Shown here piece by piece: positions 57,515-64,000 of a stretch of 64,000 nt of DNA. Every line of letters begins with the position of its first letter. Position 1 is the stretch's first letter. The notes beneath the pieces are model-generated. The model made no database searches. It was not told where the DNA came from and worked only from the letters and a program-made list of their open reading frames with translations. The translations under genes were made by a program, and so were the position numbers. This stretch comes from Cyanophora paradoxa CCMP329 (taxonomy: Eukaryota > Plantae > Glaucophyta), in the NCBI GenBank assembly GCA_004431415.1, contig QPMI01000370.1, forward strand, positions 925 to 64,924, in the 5' to 3' direction.

Positions 57515-59165
57515 ATGGGTGCTCATGAATCGCACAGCCACGGTCATGATCACCGCGGCGAGGAACCCGCAGCCGGCAGCAGGCCGGGGACCAGTAGCCG
57601 CGAGCGCGATCCCAGCGCGCAGGGCCACCACAGCCATCACGGATTTCACCTTCACCTCCCATTGCACCTTCACAGGAAGCACGAGTGTGACGGGCACGAG
57701 GCACATTCGCACCCCGAGCGCGTCAGCCCCGAAGCCAGTGCTAGTGCGGAGAAGCTCGGGACTTCTCCACCTGGTCATCACGCTACGCGCGTGAGTCCAG
57801 CAGGGGGTCAGCATGCGGAGCGCGCGACCCCCGAGCACCACAACTGCAGCGGCCACGACAAGCGGCCGCCCTCGAGCTTAAAACGCGTCGCTCCCGTTGA
57901 GGTGCGATCTGGGAAGCGCGGGGAGGCAGCGGCGAGTGTGCTCGTGAATCTCGCTCACTGCTGTCGCAGGTTCCTATCGAGAATCAGCTGGAGCTTAGCC
58001 CCGAGCTCCTGAGGGACGCTTATGAGCTGCAGCGCACGCCGGCGTTTAAAGAGAAGCGCGAGAGGCGAGGCAGCGTGAACTGCCGTCCTGTGAGTGCCAC
58101 CGGCTGCAGCGCGTGGCGCGCTATGATTATGGATGGCAGGGGGACGTGATCAGGGTGAGGATCAAGGAGGCGCGCTTCCCGCACGCGGCCGACACGCACA
58201 TCGTTGTGAAGGCGCGCCGTTGCGGTGCGGACGCCGGCGCCGGCGCTCACTGCCCGGCCGCAGTGGAATCACAAGGAGGTGGCGCGGACGCCCTCGGTGC
58301 TGAGCAGCTCGCACCCCGTCTTCAACTTCCCCTTCTCCATCCGCCTTGCCGACGTGCGCGCCGACCCCCGCCACGCCGCGAGGCGCGGGGGCTGAGGGCG
58401 GGACGACAGGGGGACTGCGGGCTGAGCTTCGAGGCGGTGCGCGAGCGCCTCTTCCGGGACAGCGTCGTCGGGGCCGTCGACGTGCCTCTGAGGTGCCGCC
58501 CCCGCCTCCTCCCCGCCCCGCGCGCGCCGGTGGCCGAGCGCCCGCCGCAGCGCGGTCATGCCGGGCGACTCGGAGGAGTTCTGGTTCCGCATCCGCTGCG
58601 CCAACCACACACACAGCGTCCAGGTGCGCGCGCCGCTGAGCGGCGGAAGAGGGGGCGGGACCCTGGGGAGGGGCGACAAGGCGGCAGGGCGCGCTGCTCC
58701 TGCACGTGGAGCACTACCGGGAGCGTTACCGCCTGAAGGAGAGCGCGAGGCGCCCCGGCGGCGTGCACGGCAAGCTCAGGAACGCGCCGCCGCCCGAGCC
58801 GCCGCGGGAGCCGGCCCCCGTGCGCCCGCCCCTCGCCCCGGGTCGCGACGGTTGCGGGGCTGAAGCCGGGGGCGCAGTGCGAGGACTGCACCACGGCGAC
58901 GGCGAGGCGGGCTCACGGCGGGGCGGCGGGGCGGGCGGTCGGCGACTGCTGCGGGCCTCTCGCCGGAAACCACTCGGTCCGCTCCTCCGAGTCGAGGGAG
59001 AGCGCCCCGTCGAGCGGCTCGCACCTCGTGTCGCCGCCCCGACACACGCCCGACGGGAGGCCCCCGCGCCCGGCCCCGGCCCCGGCTCCCTCCACGCGCC
59101 CCGACCTCTCCGTCATCCGGTTGAAGCACCCTCCGCCGCTCGAGCCCCCAGAAGTCCCGGCATGA
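57515..59165 (+). CDS. C2-domain-containing protein with His-rich N-terminus
   Basis: VIRVRIKEAR...DTHIVVK/WNHKEVART...HPVFNFPF...FEAVRERLFRDSVVGAVDVPL...WFRI...GALLLHVE fits a C2 fold. Confidence 0.65.
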
Positions 59166-59525
59166 CACGTTTGTACTTTACGCTCGCCGCGTTTCTCGCC
59201 GCTCGCTTGATCGGATTTTTCAAGCACATCTTCTCAAGAGTACGTAGCTGTATTAGTAGTATCGCCGGCTTGTATGATGTTTCTCGGGAGATACTACAGC
59301 CAGTGTCGAGGTCTCATTTTGAATTCGCTCTTTCAAGAAGTCTCTACGGAAAGACTCGGCTTTGCTTACAGCCGATGACATTGTCGTGCTTGCAGCACGC
59401 CTCCCCAGTGCACTCCGAAGCCGGCGCATGCACGACGCGCGCCTCGATGCCGGCGGGCCCTCGGGAGGCTCGCCCAGTCGATATGTACAGAAAGGGCGGG
59501 GCGATGGCCAGGGGCGCGGGGCGGG

Positions 59526-60924
<1,399 letters not shown>

Positions 60925-61174
60925 CGTGGACCTGCTCTTGCTGAATGACCCGGCTCACAACTACGTGCCGCCGAACGCCGGGCACACGATGACCGCGCCG
61001 ATGACCGAGCGGGGGCTGCACGAGTGGAGAGCATGAGCATACGCGCGGCCAGTGCGCAAGCAAGCGCCCGCGGCGGAGGCCTGGGGCTCACCAGTGAGAA
61101 GACGGGTCCAACAAGGCGCCTGTACCCGCCGCGGGCTCGCCCCCGCCTACCTTCTCGCTCCAAACAAGCAGCGC

Positions 61175-61854
61175 ATGGACCTAGTGGAGTCGAAAAATGA
61201 GGAGGCGGCGCTGCCGAAGGGTGAGTGCGCGTCAGCCCTCGCGTGCGCAAGCTAACTTGCTTCCAGCGACGGTGGCCAAGATCATAAAGGAGCTGCTGCC
61301 CGAGGACATGCGATGCTCAAACGAGACGCGAGATCTCGTACTCGAGTGCTGCACCGGTGCTCGCGCTTCCCGCGGGTCCCCGCCAGCCGTCCCCGCCTCA
61401 CGCTCGCACAGAGTTCATCCACATGATCTCCTCCGAGGCACAGGAAGTCTGTCAGAAGGAGAACAAGAAGACAATGGCCCCGGAGCATGTGATCAAGGCT
61501 CTGAAGGCGCGTTGCGGCTACGGAAGTCCGCTGCTGGCTCCTGACCCGCCTCGCGCTCGCTCCTCGCAGGCCCTGGGCTTCGAGGACTATGTGCCAGAGA
61601 TCGAGCAGGTGTTGGACAAGCACAAGACGGAGCAGGAGGTGCCTGCCTGCCCGCGGTTGCTCGCCGCCGCCGGGACCGACGGGGGCGCGCGGGCGCAGAG
61701 CAAGCCGAAGATGATGAAGCGGCTGGCGGACACGGGCCTCTCGGAGGAGGAGCTCAAGCGGCAACAGGAAGCGCTCTTTGCGAGGGCGCGCTCCAACTTC
61801 GAGGCCTCGCACGGCCAGCCCAGCGCCGACCCCTCGCAGAGCGGCGGCGGGTGA
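61175..61854 (+). CDS. DR1: Negative cofactor 2 beta (Dr1) histone-fold protein
   Basis: LPK/ATVAKIIKELLP...ECCT/EFIHMISSEA...KKTMAPEHVIKAL/ALGF...GLSEEELKRQQEALFARAR. Confidence 0.95.
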
Positions 61855-61976
61855 AAGCCAGACACCGCCAACAGGCCACGTATTTAACCAGGCAGCTTGT
61901 GTAGGTTGTAGGGCTAGTTTCAGTAAGACCGCGTCTAAACTAGGATAGAAGGCTCGCGCCAGTGGCCGGGGGGCCG

Positions 61977-64000
61977 TCAGAGAGGGGCGGCGGGGGAGAA
62001 CTGCTTGTACTCGAAGTGGGCGTCCGGAGCTCCGGGCCTGAGGCCCCGCGTCGCCGAAGGCGCCGGGTGCGGCGGCGCGGGCGGGCCGTCGCTCGTCCGC
62101 GCGCCGTGGGGCTCGCGATCGGCCAGGGAAGCGGGCCGCCCCGGCCCTGGGCGCCCCCAAACCCCCGGAGCCGTCAGAGAAAGGCAAGGGCTGCTGAGGT
62201 GAGGAGGCGGAGCTGCGGGGGCGCACCGCCGGCCGGGGAGTGGTGCGGGTGGCGGCGCTCGGGGTGCGTAAGGTGCAGCGCGGCCGGTTCGCTCGCGGCA
62301 TCTGCGGAGCGTGGGGGAGGGCGGGGGGGGGGGGGGGGGGGGGGGAGGGGGGCGGGGAAGGGGGGGGGGGGGGGCGAGGCGGGGCGGGGGACGCACGCGG
62401 GGGGGCGCAGGGGCGTCGGAGCGGGGCGCCTCGTCGGGCCCGGGGCCCCGCTGCGCTCCGCGAGGAGCTCCTCCCGCGAGGCCGCCTTCGCCAGCTGCCC
62501 GGCCCCGCCCTCCCTGCTCCCCCGCGCGTCACACTTCCCCGCGGGCGGGCGGGCGGGGCGGGCGCGCCCGTGGCGGGGCCGACGGAGTGGTGGGCGACGG
62601 CGGCGGGGAGCTCGACGCCGACGATGCCTCGGCGATGGCCCCGCCGGCGCGCCGGTCGAGGCACGCGACGATGCCGGCCCCGTACACGTCCCCCATCACG
62701 TTCACGCACGTCCTGCACCGGTCCAGCAGCCTGCCCCGCGCCCCGCGGCGTCGCGCGGCGCGGGGCGCGGCGGGGCGGGCGGGGCGGGCGCCAGTCGATG
62801 GCGAGGATGTAGGCGACGCGGTCGAAGTGGCCGGCGAGCTGGATGGCGTTCAGCACGATCAGGATCGTCACCGGGCCCGCGTTCGGGATCGGCGCTGCGC
62901 CCCCGGCCCGCCCCGCGTCGTCGGCCGCGCCCCGCGCGGGAGGAGCACGGCGGCGGGGTGCACCGGCGCCCACTGCGGTGAGGACGGAGACGAGGATGAT
63001 GACGACGAGGTGGGCGGGGGAGAGCTGTACGCCGGCGGCCTGCGCGACGAAGACGCCGACTGCGGGGCGTCAGGGAGCAGGGCCGGGGCCGCGGACGGGG
63101 CCGGCGGGGGCGGGGCGACCGACGGCCTCGTAGAGGGCGGCGCCGTCCATGTTGAGGAAGCCGAGGGGGAGCACGAACTGCGCGATCCGGGGCGGCACTC
63201 CGGCCCCGATCGCGCACTGCCCCCGCCCGCCTGAGTTCCGCGCCGGCGGCGGGGAACGGGGCGGGGCGCGGGGCGGGCGGGCCTGGAGGGTGACGGGGAG
63301 GGTGGCGGCGGAGGAGGAGGTGCCGAAGGCGACGAGCAGGGCCCGCCCGTAGCGGCGGATGTACGCGTACGGGTTCTCCCGCGCGAACGCGTAGTAGAGG
63401 GCCGGCAGCACGAGCGCCGCGTGCACCGCCAGGCCCAGCTGCGCCCCGGCACCCGCCCCTGCTCGCGCCCCGCGGGGCCGCCGGGGCGGGCGGAGCGGGC
63501 GGGGGGGGGGCACGAGGACGGTGAGGACGAAGAGGGCGAGGTTGCGGAGGAGGGCCGCCACGTCCGCCTCCGCCGCCACGCTGCGCCCCCGGCCGCCCCC
63601 GCCTCGGCCCCGCACGCCCCGCCCGCGGCGGGGGCCCCCGGGGGGCGCGCCTGGCGGCGATCATGGAGAAGACGCCGTAGGGGAGGGCCCGCAGCAGCCA
63701 CTGGACGACCTGCGGGGCGCGCGGGGGCGCGTGAGGGGCGCGGGCGGGGGGCCCGGAGGGCGGCGGGGGAGGGCCGTGGGGCGAGCCTCCATGGAGGCGA
63801 GGTTGACGGCGTGCACGGCGCGCAGCAGCGGCCGCGCCGGCTCGCCCACGCGCAGCAGCGCCACCGCCGCCGCCAGCGACAGCGTCATAGTCCCCAGCAG
63901 GTTCAGCTCCAGCCCCGTCCGCACGATGTTGTCCGGCACTGCGGCGTGTTGGCGCCGGCGGCCGGCGGGGCGGGGCGGGGCAGTGACGCCGGGGCGGGGC
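61977..64000 (-). CDS. Dicarboxylate/amino acid:cation symporter (SLC1/DAACS), 5' end outside window
   Basis: PDNIV, AFGTSSSAATLPVT, NMDGAALYE, GAAPIPNAG and IDWLLDRCRTCVNVMGD. Confidence 0.92.

Overview
This is GC-rich, very intron-dense eukaryotic nuclear DNA. Typical introns are about 45-90 nt, many with GC-AG ends, so most ORF-track entries are artefacts; I assembled gene models by hand across introns. A nuclear CpcS/CpcV-family phycobiliprotein lyase with a Phe-containing transit-peptide-like N-terminus points to a phycobilisome-bearing alga, probably a glaucophyte (inference). The left half holds a TmcB-like membrane protein gene (882-9734, -) and a ~22 kb gene for a giant Cys-rich surface protein (11466-33418, -). 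That gene contains a 1296-bp tandem exon/intron array and, inside one intron, a 5-kb DIRS-order (tyrosine recombinase) retrotransposon on the opposite strand. The right half is a compact housekeeping block: CpcV-like lyase, DNAJC2/zuotin, MED21, GNAT, DPM2, ISN1, sphingomyelinase-like EEP, CTL/SLC44, eIF2-beta, BAR protein, C2 protein, RPN11, NC2-beta/DR1 and a partial SLC1 transporter. The most striking item is the retroelement's layout, A-gag-[B|A]-pol(RT/RNaseH/MTase)-YR-B. The fused B|A circle-junction copy sits between gag and pol, a GAA core is shared by both ends and the junction, and pol and YR both lack a suitable ATG and follow same-phase splice-acceptor-like sites. Scattered 1-nt losses in G/C runs look like assembly errors.
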